Below are positions 54,344 to 63,653 of a stretch of DNA of 64,000 nt, piece by piece. Every line of letters begins with the position of its first letter. Position 1 is the stretch's first letter. A model generated the notes under the pieces. The model was not told the origin of the DNA. It saw only the letters and a list, made by a program, of their open reading frames with translations, and ran no database searches. The translations under genes were made by a program, and so were the position numbers. The stretch comes from Phenylobacterium sp. (GTDB lineage: Bacteria > Pseudomonadota > Alphaproteobacteria > Caulobacterales > Caulobacteraceae), in contig NZ_JBKJTG010000251.1 of assembly GCF_046590535.1 (NCBI RefSeq), positions 10,995 through 74,994 of the forward strand. Direction: 5' to 3'.

Positions 54344-55771
54344 TCAGGTTCCTTGGGCGGGCAGGCCCCAGGCGACCCGCTGGGTCTCGATGGCGCCAAG
54401 CTTGGCGTGGAACGCCGACCAGTCGTCGTCCGTCGCGATCCGCGCCCAGATGGCCTCGATCTCGTCGTAGAGCAGTTCCTCGGGATCAGGCTGGGCAAAC
54501 CGCGGATCAGCCAGCCGCTCCGGACGGTCGGCCTCATAGGCGCCGATCGCCGCGCGGAAAGCGGCGAACCCCTCGCCGGCGTAGAGCCCGCCCCGCGGAC
54601 CCGCCAGGGCGCGGCCGGCGTCGCCGCAGAACCAGTCGAAGAAGAACGGCTCCCACCGCAGGGCCTCGCCGCCTTCGGCCAGGGCGGCGAAGGCGGCCTG
54701 CACCAGGGCGGCGTCCATCTCGTCGCCCCGCTGCCGCACGCCCAGCCTGGCCAGCATCGCGCTCACCAGTTCCAGCCGATAGGCCGGGCCGAAGCCGTTG
54801 AGCGCCGCCACCAGGAGGTCGGTCTCCGTCGTCAGGCTGAGCGCGCCGGCCAGTTGCTGCAGGTTCCAGAACACCGCTTCCGGCTGGCGCCCGAAGCTGT
54901 ACAGGCCCTGGTGGTCGAAATAGGCGGCGGTGAAGTTCGGATCGGATTGCGGCAGGAACCGGTAGGGCCCGTAATCGAAGCTCTCCCCGGTCAGGCTCAT
55001 GTTGTCGGTGTTGAGCACCCCGTGGACAAATCCCGCCGCCATCCAGCGCGCGGTGAGCCTGGCCATCCGCGCGACCACAGCCAGCAACAACGCGGCCGGG
55101 CGGTCGGCAGCGTCGGCCTGCTCAGGATAGTAGTTTTCGAGCACATGGTCGGTGAGCGCCGTGACCCGGTCCGGCCGCTCGAAGAAGGCGTGCCGCTGGA
55201 AGGTCCCGAAGCGGATGTGGCTGTGCGACAGGCGCACAAGCACCGCGGATCGCGTCGGGCTGGGCTCGTCGCCGCGCACCAGATCTTCGCCGGTCTCCAC
55301 CAGGGAGAACGAGCGCGAGGTGGGCACGCCCAGGGCCTCCAGCAGCGCCGTGGCCAGCACCTCGCGCACCCCGCCCTTCAGCGTCAGCCGCCCGTCCCCG
55401 GACCGCGACCAGGGCGTGCGGCCCGAGCCCTTGGTCCCCAGGTCGAGCAGCCGGCCGGACCCGGCCTCGCGAAGCTGCGCGAAGACGAAGCCGCGGCCGT
55501 CGCCGATTTCGGGGTTGTAGGTGCGGAACTGGTGGCCGTGATAGCGCTGCGCCAGCGGCGGATCGAGGTTTCCGGGCAAAGGCTCAAAGCGGCCGAAGTG
55601 GGCGATCCACTCGGCGTCGCTCAGCGTCTCCAGGCCGACGCTCTGCGCGGCCCGGTGATTGCGGAAGCGGAGGTCGGTCTGCGGAAAGGCCTCGGCCAGC
55701 ACCGGATCGGCGAACTCGGGGCCGAGCACCTGGAACTTGGGGTCGGGCCGGTAGGCGGGCGAGACGGGCAT
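54344..55771 (-). CDS. selO: protein adenylyltransferase SelO (YdiU)
   Basis: The size and the motifs HGHQFRTYNPEIGDGRG, GVLNTDNMSL and FDYGPYRF are characteristic of SelO pseudokinases. Confidence 0.9.
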   Translation of the reverse strand: MPVSPAYRPDPKFQVLGPEFADPVLAEAFPQTDLRFRNHRAAQSVGLETLSDAEWIAHFGRFEPLPGNLDPPLAQRYHGHQFRTYNPEIGDGRGFVFAQLREAGSGRLLDLGTKGSGRTPWSRSGDGRLTLKGGVREVLATALLEALGVPTSRSFSLVETGEDLVRGDEPSPTRSAVLVRLSHSHIRFGTFQRHAFFERPDRVTALTDHVLENYYPEQADAADRPAALLLAVVARMARLTARWMAAGFVHGVLNTDNMSLTGESFDYGPYRFLPQSDPNFTAAYFDHQGLYSFGRQPEAVFWNLQQLAGALSLTTETDLLVAALNGFGPAYRLELVSAMLARLGVRQRGDEMDAALVQAAFAALAEGGEALRWEPFFFDWFCGDAGRALAGPRGGLYAGEGFAAFRAAIGAYEADRPERLADPRFAQPDPEELLYDEIEAIWARIATDDDWSAFHAKLGAIETQRVAWGLPAQGT

Positions 55772-55811
55772 CTAGAGGCAGATGGACCGCCGCGCCCTCC
55801 AGGGCAACCGA

Positions 55812-55886
55812 TCAGCGCAGCCCGAAGAAGCCCAGGACGACCAGGACGACGACGACGAGACCGACGATATAGATGATGCTGTTCAT
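55812..55886 (-). CDS. 24-aa membrane peptide upstream of selO
   Basis: MNSIIYIVGLVVVVLVVLGFFGLR. AGGAG lies 6 nt upstream. GC3 is high. Confidence 0.55.
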   Translation of the reverse strand: MNSIIYIVGLVVVVLVVLGFFGLR

Positions 55887-55995
55887 GGAGTGCTCCTGAA
55901 GTTTCCCGAGGTTCCGAACGCCGGGGCGCGCTTACTGTTCCGCTGGCGCCACACTTAAGCTTGCCCAGCCGTCCCGTGCGCCTAAGGCTCGCCCG

Positions 55996-57237
55996 ATGAC
56001 GCGCGCGCCTCAGCCAGCCCCCCAGCCCCGCACCGCCGCCGTGATCGGCGCGGGCCCCGCCGGGCTGATGGCCGCCGAGGTGCTGGCCGCGGCGGGTGTT
56101 CGGGTGACCGTGTTCGAGCGCATGCCCTCGCCGGGGCGCAAGTTGCTGATGGCCGGCCGCGGGGGATTGAACCTGACCCACGCCGAGCCCTTCGAAAGCT
56201 TCCTTCCGCGCTATGGCGAGGCGCCGGCGCTACAGCCCGCGCTGGAGGCGTTCCCGCCGGCCGCGCTGGTGGCGTGGGTGGAGGCCCTGGGCCAGCCCAC
56301 CTTCGTCGGCTCCAGCGGCCGGGTGTTTCCCAAGGCCCTGAAGGCCTCGCCCGTGCTGCGCGCCTGGCTTCGCCGGCTGGAGGCCCTGCGCGTCGAGATC
56401 CGCACCCGCCACACCTGGACGGGCTGGGACGCAGCCGGGGCCCTCACCTTCGCCGAGGCGCCCGCCGTGCGCCCCGAGGTCACGGTCCTGGCCCTGGGCG
56501 GCGCCAGTTGGCCCAGGCTCGGGTCCGACGGGGCCTGGACAGCTGTGCTGTCGGCGGAGGGGATCGCGGTCACGCCGCTGCAGCCGGCCAACGTCGGCTT
56601 CGACGTGGCCTGGAGCCCCCTGTTCCGCGACCGTTTCGCCGGGACGCCGCTGAAGGGCCTGGCCCTCGCCCATGCCGGACGGGGCGCCCGCGGCGAGGTG
56701 ATGATCACCGCCTATGGCCTGGAAGGCGGGGCCCTCTATGCGCTGGCCGCCCCGCTGCGCGACGCGATCGCGGCGGACGGCGGGGCCCTGCTGGAGGTCG
56801 ATCTGCGGCCCGACCAAAGCGTCGGCCAGCTCACCGGCAGGCTCGCCGCAACGCGGCAGGGCGAGACCGCCAGCCACCGCCTGCGCCGCACCCTCAATCT
56901 GTCGCCCGCCGAGACCAGCCTGCTGCGCGAGGGCCATGGGGTCGCCTTGCCGTCGGAGCCAGGGGCGCTGGCCCGGGCGGTCAAGTGGGTCCCGATCAAG
57001 CTCACCGGCGTCCAGCCGATCGGCCGGGCCATCTCCACGGCGGGCGGCGTGGCCTTCGCGGGCCTCGACGCAGCCCTGATGTTGCGGGCCCGGCCGGGGG
57101 TCTTCGTGGCCGGTGAGATGCTCGACTGGGAGGCGCCCACCGGGGGCTATCTGCTGCAGGCGAGCTTCGCCACCGGCGTCGGCGCCGCCACGGGCGCTCT
57201 GGCTTGGCTGGAGGGTGGCGGCCCCGCCCGCCCATGA
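55996..57237 (+). CDS. BaiN/RdsA-like NAD(FAD)-utilising flavoprotein
   Basis: AAVIGAGPAGLMAAEVLA dinucleotide fold, and GRKLLMAGRGGLNLTH typical of the HI0933/BaiN family. Confidence 0.85.
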   Translation: MTRAPQPAPQPRTAAVIGAGPAGLMAAEVLAAAGVRVTVFERMPSPGRKLLMAGRGGLNLTHAEPFESFLPRYGEAPALQPALEAFPPAALVAWVEALGQPTFVGSSGRVFPKALKASPVLRAWLRRLEALRVEIRTRHTWTGWDAAGALTFAEAPAVRPEVTVLALGGASWPRLGSDGAWTAVLSAEGIAVTPLQPANVGFDVAWSPLFRDRFAGTPLKGLALAHAGRGARGEVMITAYGLEGGALYALAAPLRDAIAADGGALLEVDLRPDQSVGQLTGRLAATRQGETASHRLRRTLNLSPAETSLLREGHGVALPSEPGALARAVKWVPIKLTGVQPIGRAISTAGGVAFAGLDAALMLRARPGVFVAGEMLDWEAPTGGYLLQASFATGVGAATGALAWLEGGGPARP

Positions 57238-57249
57238 TAGGCAAGGCCC

Positions 57250-58431
57250 ATGTCGACGCGGTCCACCCTTGAGTTCCTGAAGACCGAGACCGGGTCCGGC
57301 CTGCTGCTGGCGGCCGGTGCGTTCCTGGCCATCGCCTGGGCCAATTCACCGGCGGCCGGCTCTTACGCCCTGATCGTCGACTACCCGATCCTCGTCCAGC
57401 TCGGCCCGTTCTCCGAACAGATGTCCCTGGGCGGCTGGGTGAAGACCGCGCTGATGCCGATCTTCTTCTTCATCGTCGGCCTGGAGATCAAGTACGAGGT
57501 TCTACGCGGCGAGCTCTCCAACCCCCGCAGGCTGGCCTTGCCGGTGGTGGCGGCGCTGGGGGGCGTCGCGGTCCCGGCGGCCATCTACCTGGCGCTGAAC
57601 GCCGGACCCGGGGGATCGCCGCAGGGTTGGCCGACCCCGGCCGCCACCGACATCGCCTTCGCCCTGGCCGCCCTGTCGCTGGTGGCCGCCCGCCTGCCGC
57701 CGACCCTGCGCATCTTCCTGCTGACCGTGGCCATCGCCGACGACCTGGCTGCGGTGGTCCTGATCGCCGTCCTGTTCACGTCCGACATCCGCCCCTGGAT
57801 GCTGGCCGGCGCCGCCGCGACCCTGGCCGTGCTGGGGGCCATGTCCCGTTGGCGCGGCGCGCCCTACGTGTTCTGGGCGGTAGGGGCGATCCTGCTCTGG
57901 GGCTTCACCCTGAAGTCGGGGGTCAACACCTCCCTCGCCGGCGTCGCCGCGGCCCTGTGCGTTCCGCTGGAGCCCAAGCGCCCAGGCGGCCAGGGCGTGC
58001 TGCAGGAACTCATGGACGCGCTGCATCCCTACGTGGCCTTCCTGATCCTGCCGCTGTTCGCCTTCACCGCCGCGGGCTTCTCGGCGCAGGGCCTGCCGCC
58101 AGCGGCCTTCACCGGGCCCATCGCCCTGGGCATCGCCACCGCGCTGTTCGTCGGCAAGGCGGTGGGCGTGTTCGGCGCGGCGTCGCTGATGATCGGGCTG
58201 AAGCTGGTGCGCCGGCCCACCGGCGCGACGTGGCTGGAGCTGTTCGGTGTCTCGGTGCTCTGCGGCATCGGCTTCACCATGAGCTTCTACATCGGCGCCC
58301 TGGCCTTCCCGGAGACCGACGCCCTGGCGCAGACCCAGGTGCGCATCGGCGTGCTGATGGGCTCGCTGGCCTCGGCGGCGGTGGGCATGGCCGTGCTGGG
58401 CTGGTGTCAGGCCCGGCGGGACGCAGTCTAG
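57250..58431 (+). CDS. nhaA: Na+/H+ antiporter NhaA
   Basis: FFFIVGLEIKYE, and TDIAFALA...IADDLAAV (conserved Asp pair). Confidence 0.9.
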   Translation: MSTRSTLEFLKTETGSGLLLAAGAFLAIAWANSPAAGSYALIVDYPILVQLGPFSEQMSLGGWVKTALMPIFFFIVGLEIKYEVLRGELSNPRRLALPVVAALGGVAVPAAIYLALNAGPGGSPQGWPTPAATDIAFALAALSLVAARLPPTLRIFLLTVAIADDLAAVVLIAVLFTSDIRPWMLAGAAATLAVLGAMSRWRGAPYVFWAVGAILLWGFTLKSGVNTSLAGVAAALCVPLEPKRPGGQGVLQELMDALHPYVAFLILPLFAFTAAGFSAQGLPPAAFTGPIALGIATALFVGKAVGVFGAASLMIGLKLVRRPTGATWLELFGVSVLCGIGFTMSFYIGALAFPETDALAQTQVRIGVLMGSLASAAVGMAVLGWCQARRDAV

Positions 58432-58433
58432 CC

Positions 58434-58793
58434 ATGCCGATCACCGCCACCTGCCATTGCGGCGTCTGCGCGATCACCCTGGCCCAGGCGCCGGCCACGG
58501 TCACCGACTGCAACTGCTCGATCTGCCGCCGGTACGGGGTGCTGTGGGCTTACTACGCGCCCGGCGACGTGGACCTTTCGGCCATGGGCGCGACCGACGT
58601 CTACATGTGGAACGACCGGGCGATCGAGTTCCACCGGTGCCGCCAATGCGGCTGCCTAACCCACTGGAGCCCTGTCGATCGGTCCTTGGGGCGCATGGGC
58701 GTCAACGCCCGCCTGCTGCCCCTGGAAACCCTGGAGACGCTGAGGATCCGTCGCCTCGATGGCGCCCGGACCGAGACCTACCTGGACGACTAG
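58434..58793 (+). CDS. GFA-family (CENP-V/glutathione-dependent formaldehyde-activating-like) Zn protein
   Basis: CHCGVC...CNCSIC...CRQCG cysteine pattern. 119 aa. Confidence 0.8.
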   Translation: MPITATCHCGVCAITLAQAPATVTDCNCSICRRYGVLWAYYAPGDVDLSAMGATDVYMWNDRAIEFHRCRQCGCLTHWSPVDRSLGRMGVNARLLPLETLETLRIRRLDGARTETYLDD

Positions 58794-59728
58794 CCCAGGG
58801 CGACCTTGAGAGCCGCGGCCGTCTCGGCGGCCGCCTGCGCCACCGCCGGCGAGACATCGGCCATCAGGAAGAAATCGTGGACCAGGGCGGGGTAGTCCAC
58901 GTGCTCGGCGCCCACCCCGGCGGCCCGCAGGCGCAGGGCGTAGTCGCGGCCCTCATCCTTCAACGGGTCGTAGCCCGCCGTCACCACCAGCGCCGGCGCC
59001 ACGCCCGCCAGATCCTTGGCGCGCCCCAGCATGGCCCGGTGGACGTCCTTGTGGGTGATCGCCGCCAGGCACTTGTCGAACCAGGCGATCGCCGCCTTGG
59101 TCAGGATCGGTCCGTCCAGGTCACGGCGCGAGGCGGTCTCGGCGTCAGGCCAGATGCCGGGGTAGAGCAGCAGTTGGAACGCCAGCTTGCGCGCCGCGTC
59201 GTCCCTCAGGTCGAGCGCCACCGAGGCTGCCAGGTTGCCGCCGGCGCTGTCGCCGCCCACCGCGATGCGGGACGGGTCGAAGCCGATCTCCGCGGCATGG
59301 TCGAAGGCCCACCGGGTCGCCGCCAGGGCGTCGTCATGGCCGGCCGGGAACGGGTGTTCGGGCGCCAGCCGATAGTCCACCGCCAGCACCCGCGCGCCGG
59401 ACCCCGCCGCCAGCCGGCGACAGTGGCCGTCGTGGGTCTCCAGGTCGCCGATCACGAAGCCGCCGCCGTGGAAATAGACCAGGCCGGGGGTCTGCGCCCC
59501 GGCGCCCGCCGGGGTGTAGAGCCTGGCCGCGATCTCGCCCGAGGCGCCGCCGACCCGCAGGTCGCGGGCCGCCACGTCCCTCGGCGCGTTCTGGTCCTGC
59601 GCCTGGCGCTGCATCCGATAGCCGGCGCGGATCATGTCCGGCGGCAGGTCGTCCAGCGCCGGCTGCGGCTGGTCCTCCAGGGCCTTGGCCTGTTCGGCGA
59701 TCATCGCGGCGAAGAGCGGGTCGAGCAT
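58790..59728 (-). CDS. alpha/beta hydrolase, hormone-sensitive-lipase-type esterase
   Basis: HGGGF oxyanion motif and GDSAGG nucleophile elbow. Confidence 0.85.
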   Translation of the reverse strand: MLDPLFAAMIAEQAKALEDQPQPALDDLPPDMIRAGYRMQRQAQDQNAPRDVAARDLRVGGASGEIAARLYTPAGAGAQTPGLVYFHGGGFVIGDLETHDGHCRRLAAGSGARVLAVDYRLAPEHPFPAGHDDALAATRWAFDHAAEIGFDPSRIAVGGDSAGGNLAASVALDLRDDAARKLAFQLLLYPGIWPDAETASRRDLDGPILTKAAIAWFDKCLAAITHKDVHRAMLGRAKDLAGVAPALVVTAGYDPLKDEGRDYALRLRAAGVGAEHVDYPALVHDFFLMADVSPAVAQAAAETAAALKVALG

Positions 59729-59749
59729 GAGGGGTCCCCCAGAACGAAG

Positions 59750-59776
59750 AAGGGGCCGCCCTGCGGGCGGCCCCTT
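59750..59776 (-). terminator. rho-independent terminator after the aldehyde dehydrogenase gene
   Basis: 12-bp perfect stem AAGGGGCCGCCC/GGGCGGCCCCTT with a 3-nt loop. On the minus strand it is followed by TCTTCGTTC. Confidence 0.6.
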
Positions 59777-59792
59777 GCCGTGGCGCTGCGGT

Positions 59793-61229
59793 CTATTCCG
59801 CGGCTTGCTTCGGCGCGTAGCCGAGGATCGCCTTGGTCTCCAGGAACTCGTGGAAGGCGTAGTCGCCCCACTCGCGCCCGTTGCCGCTCATCTTGTAGCC
59901 GCCGAACGGCGCGGTCATGTCGGACCCACCGTTGATCGACACCTGGCCGGCGCGCAGCCGCGAGGCGACCTTGCGGGCTTGCTCCAGGTCGGCGCCGTTC
60001 ACATAGGCGGCCAGGCCGTACTCGGTGTCGTTACCAACGGTGATCGCCTGGTCGAGGCTGTCGTACCCGAGGATCGAGAGCACGGGGCCGAAGATCTCTT
60101 CCTTGGCGATGGTCATCTCGTTGGTGACGTTGGCGAACACCGTGGGCTTCACGAAGTAGCCCTTGTCCAGGCCGTCCGGCCGGCCGACGCCGCCGGTGAC
60201 CAGGGTGGCGCCCTCGTCGATGCCCTTCTGAATCAGGGCCTGGATCTTGTCGAACTGCACCTTGGAGACCACCGGGCCCAGCATGGCGTTGCCGTTGGGG
60301 TCGCCCACCGTGATCGTCTCGGCGGTTTCCTTGGCGGCGGTGATCGCCTCGCCCATGCGCTTGGTGGGGACCAGCATCCGCGTGGGCGCGTTGCAGGACT
60401 GGCCGGAGTTGGTCATCACGTGCTGCACGCCGCGGGCGACGCTCTTGGCCAGCACGTCGTCGTCCAGGACGATGTTGGGGCTCTTGCCGCCCAGTTCCTG
60501 GTGCACGCGCTTGACGGTGGGGGCGGCGTTCTTGGCGACCTCGATGCCGGCCCGGGTCGAGCCGGTGAAGGAGACCATGTCCACTTCCGGATGGGTGGAG
60601 AGCGGCACGCCCACGCCCAGGCCGTCACCGTGGACCAGGTTAAACACGCCGGCCGGGACGCCCGCCGCATGCATGATCTCGGCGAAAATCTGGCCGGAGA
60701 ACGGGGCCACTTCCGAAGGCTTCAGCACCATGGTGCAGCCCGTGGCGATGGCCGGGGCCACCTTGCAGGCGATCTGGTTCAGCGGCCAGTTCCAGGGGGT
60801 GATGAAGCTGCAGACGCCGATCGGTTCCTTGACGATCATCGTCTGGCCGCGGTCGTCCTCGAACTTGAAGTCCTTCAGGATAGCGGCGGCGGTGGCCAGG
60901 TGGCCCATGCCGGCCGGGACCTGCGCGCGCTGCGCCAGCGAGGCGGGGGCGCCCATCTCCTCGGTCACCGCGGTGACCAGGTCGCCGAAGCGCTTCTGGT
61001 ACTCGGCGAGGATGCGTCCGAGGACTTCCAGCCGTTCTTCGCGGCTGGTCTGCGACCAGCTCTCGAAGGCCCGGCGGGCGGCCATCACGGCCTTGTCCAC
61101 GTCGGCGGCGGCGCCCAGGGCGATCTTGCCGACCACCTGCTCGGTGGCCGGGTTCTCGACGTCCAGCGTCTTCAGGACGACCGGGTCGACCCACTTACCG
61201 TCGATGTAGAACTTAAGGTACTCGCGCAT
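59793..61229 (-). CDS. NAD(P)+-dependent aldehyde dehydrogenase
   Basis: ELGGKSP, catalytic GQSCNAP, and FTGSTRAG. Confidence 0.9.
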   Translation of the reverse strand: MREYLKFYIDGKWVDPVVLKTLDVENPATEQVVGKIALGAAADVDKAVMAARRAFESWSQTSREERLEVLGRILAEYQKRFGDLVTAVTEEMGAPASLAQRAQVPAGMGHLATAAAILKDFKFEDDRGQTMIVKEPIGVCSFITPWNWPLNQIACKVAPAIATGCTMVLKPSEVAPFSGQIFAEIMHAAGVPAGVFNLVHGDGLGVGVPLSTHPEVDMVSFTGSTRAGIEVAKNAAPTVKRVHQELGGKSPNIVLDDDVLAKSVARGVQHVMTNSGQSCNAPTRMLVPTKRMGEAITAAKETAETITVGDPNGNAMLGPVVSKVQFDKIQALIQKGIDEGATLVTGGVGRPDGLDKGYFVKPTVFANVTNEMTIAKEEIFGPVLSILGYDSLDQAITVGNDTEYGLAAYVNGADLEQARKVASRLRAGQVSINGGSDMTAPFGGYKMSGNGREWGDYAFHEFLETKAILGYAPKQAAE

Positions 61230-61334
61230 GGTTTCCTCCTGAAGCTTCGTTGTGCCGGCCGGAGCTTGTGCCGCGCCCCGAGTTCAAACGCTCATTTTAG
61301 TGATCGGCGATAAGGGGGGAAGCCCCTTCGCGAA

Positions 61335-62267
61335 TTACAGTTGATGCACCTGTGGCTGTCCCGCAACCGGGGACCTCACCTTGAGCACATAATCCGCGCG
61401 GATCGAGCCGATGTAGAGGTCCTTCAGGTCGCCGCCGCCCCAGGTGACGTTGGTGGGGTGGTTGACGGTCTGGCCCGAGGGATCGTGGATCACCGTCACC
61501 ACCTCCTGCCGCGGCGTGATCGCCACCACCTTGTTGGCCGCCGGCAAGCAGACCCACAGGTTGCCGTCAGCGTCGAACCCGATCCCGTCGGTGTAGCCCA
61601 GGGCGCCATGCTCAGGGGCCGGCTCGCCCGGACGCTGCAGCAATCCAAGCTCCGGGCCGTAGCGCTCGCCCTTGCCCAGCAGCTGCTCTGCCAAGACCGG
61701 GAAGCGCAGCACGTCGGCGCCGCTGGTCTGGGCGCAGTAGAGGAACCGTTCGTCGGCCGACAGGGCCATGCCGTTGGGGAATTTCAGGCCCTTCGCCACC
61801 ACCGACGCCGAGCCATCGGGTCGCAGCACGAAGATGAAGCCGTCCGCGCGCCCGTCCAGCGCCTGGGGCCAGGTCTCCGCATGGGTGGAGTTGGCGCACC
61901 AGATGTTCCCGGCCCGGTCGATCACCGGATAGTTCGACGAGGTCAGCCGCAGGCCTTCCACCTCGGCCAGCAGGGTCTCATGGAGACCGGTGGCGGGGTC
62001 GAACCGCTGCAGGGGGCCATCCTCGCGGTCATAGATACCGAAGTTGGCGATCACGATGCGCCCCTGGGCGTCCATGTTGATCCCGTTGGGCGCGCCGCCC
62101 CTGGGCCCCATCCGGCGGAAGGCCCCACCGGGCAGGAGCTCGGCCACCGCGCACTGGTGGTCGGCGGCGAAGATGCGGCCGTCCTTGGACACCACCACAT
62201 CCTCCGGCCGGTCGATGCCCATGGCGATCTTCTCGAAGGCCTGGGTGGGAATGGGCTGCGGCGGCAT
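61335..62267 (-). CDS. SMP-30/gluconolactonase/LRE-family beta-propeller protein
   Basis: Repeated propeller blades (DGRIF, DAQGRIVIAN, DRAGNIWC, DADGNLWV). Confidence 0.85.
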   Translation of the reverse strand: MPPQPIPTQAFEKIAMGIDRPEDVVVSKDGRIFAADHQCAVAELLPGGAFRRMGPRGGAPNGINMDAQGRIVIANFGIYDREDGPLQRFDPATGLHETLLAEVEGLRLTSSNYPVIDRAGNIWCANSTHAETWPQALDGRADGFIFVLRPDGSASVVAKGLKFPNGMALSADERFLYCAQTSGADVLRFPVLAEQLLGKGERYGPELGLLQRPGEPAPEHGALGYTDGIGFDADGNLWVCLPAANKVVAITPRQEVVTVIHDPSGQTVNHPTNVTWGGGDLKDLYIGSIRADYVLKVRSPVAGQPQVHQL

Positions 62268-62332
62268 GGTCGGGTCCTTCCCGCGGGCGTCGGCGAAACT
62301 TGACCGTGTCTTTGGCGCGAGGACAAGCCGGC

Positions 62333-62361
62333 TTGCAGGTATGGGCCAGCCTCGCTAAAGC
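62333..62361 (+). promoter_or_regulatory. candidate Caulobacter-type sigma-70 promoter
   Basis: TTGCAGG-N14-GCTAAAGC compared with the published Caulobacter consensus TTGaCgS-N10-14-GCtANAWC. It lies 28 nt upstream of the small ORF. Confidence 0.3.
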
Positions 62362-62388
62362 CCGGGCATTGGTTTTTCCGGAGTCCCC

Positions 62389-62469
62389 ATGATCGGGATC
62401 TACGCCATCGGCATCTTCCTCATCGTGTTCGCCGCGCTCAACTATTTCGAGTTCGGCCGGTTCGACTGA
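62389..62469 (+). CDS. 26-aa membrane peptide
   Basis: MIGIYAIGIFLIVFAALNYFEFGRFD. GGAG lies 7 nt upstream. GC3 is high. It leads the SDR-folB unit. Confidence 0.55.
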   Translation: MIGIYAIGIFLIVFAALNYFEFGRFD

Positions 62470-62489
62470 GCTGAACGGGAGCCTGCCCC

Positions 62490-63218
62490 ATGGCTAGCCG
62501 TGGCGCGGCGCTGGTCACCGGCGGCGCGCGGCGGATTGGCCGGGCCCTGGTCGCCCAGGCCGCCGAGGCCGGCTTCGACGTCGCCATCCATGTGCGCTCG
62601 CCCGGCGACGAGGCCGAGGCCGCCGCGGCCGACGTCCGCGCCCGGGGCCGCAAGGCCGTGATCCTGGCCTGCGACCTGCGCAGGGAATCCACCACCGTGG
62701 CCCTGGTGGGCGAGGCGGAGGCCGAACTGGGCCCCGTCACCCTGCTGGTCAATTCGGCCAGCGTCTTCGAGGACGACGCCTTCGCGGCCATGAACCGCGC
62801 CTCCTGGGACCTGCACATGGAGACCAACCTGCGCGCGCCCCTGGTGCTGGCCCAGGTGTTCGCCAGGCGCCTGCCCGCCGACCGTGACGGCCTGATCGTC
62901 AACATCCTCGACCAGCGGGTGCTCGACCCGACGCCGGAGTTCTTTTCCTATTCCTTGAGCAAAGCCGCCCTGTGGGACGCCACCCGCATGCTGGCCAGGG
63001 CCCTGGGCCCCCGCATCCGGGTGAACGCCATCGGGCCCGGCCCCACCCTGCCCTCGATCCACCAGGATGCCGACGCCTTCGCCGCGGAAGCCGCCGCCAC
63101 CCTGCTGGGCCGCCCGGTGACCCCGGCGGAGATCGCCCAAGCCCTGCGCTACCTGATCGACGCGCCCTCGGTCACCGGCCAGATGATCGCCGTCGACGCG
63201 GGACAGCACCTTGCCTGA
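62490..63218 (+). CDS. SDR-family oxidoreductase (pteridine-reductase/FolM-like context)
   Basis: ALVTGGARRIG, NSAS and YSLSKAAL (YxxxK). Immediately upstream of folB. Confidence 0.85.
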   Translation: MASRGAALVTGGARRIGRALVAQAAEAGFDVAIHVRSPGDEAEAAAADVRARGRKAVILACDLRRESTTVALVGEAEAELGPVTLLVNSASVFEDDAFAAMNRASWDLHMETNLRAPLVLAQVFARRLPADRDGLIVNILDQRVLDPTPEFFSYSLSKAALWDATRMLARALGPRIRVNAIGPGPTLPSIHQDADAFAAEAAATLLGRPVTPAEIAQALRYLIDAPSVTGQMIAVDAGQHLA

Positions 63219-63231
63219 GGCCCGCGTGGTG

Positions 63232-63576
63232 ATGACCAAGGTGTTCGTCACCGGCCTGAAGGTGCAGGCCGAGATCGGCGTCTATCGCCACGAGATCGGC
63301 CGGGTGCAGCCCCTGGTGGTCGATGTGGAGCTGGACGTGCCCACGGCCGGCGCCGAACGGCTGGCCGACACCTTGAACTACGAGACCATCCTGGACGCCG
63401 CCCGCGCCGTGGCCGCCCAGGGCCATATCGAACTGGTGGAGACCTTCGCCGAACGGCTGGCGCGGGCCTGCCTGGCCGATCCGCGGGTGACCCGGGCCCG
63501 GGTGCGGGTGGAAAAGCCCCTGGCCCTGGCGCCCGACGCCGTGGGCGCCGGCGTCGAGATCACCCTGGTCCGCTGA
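63232..63576 (+). CDS. folB: dihydroneopterin aldolase
   Basis: IGVYRHE......VVDVEL...........D.LNYE, typical of FolB. 114 aa. Confidence 0.85.
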   Translation: MTKVFVTGLKVQAEIGVYRHEIGRVQPLVVDVELDVPTAGAERLADTLNYETILDAARAVAAQGHIELVETFAERLARACLADPRVTRARVRVEKPLALAPDAVGAGVEITLVR

Positions 63577-63653
63577 GGCGGCCCCTTTACGTCCGCCTCT
63601 TCCGTTCCGACATCAATGGGGCGCATGATCGCGCCGGGACGGAGGGCCAACAA

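Noticed and set aside
54317-55876. 519-aa plus-strand ORF
   Set aside because: It is antisense to selO, which has unmistakable family motifs.
59634-62303. Long plus-strand ORFs (559 aa, 320 aa and 320 aa) over the ALDH and SMP-30 genes
   Set aside because: They are antisense artefacts. The minus-strand genes carry catalytic motifs and proper terminator/RBS context.
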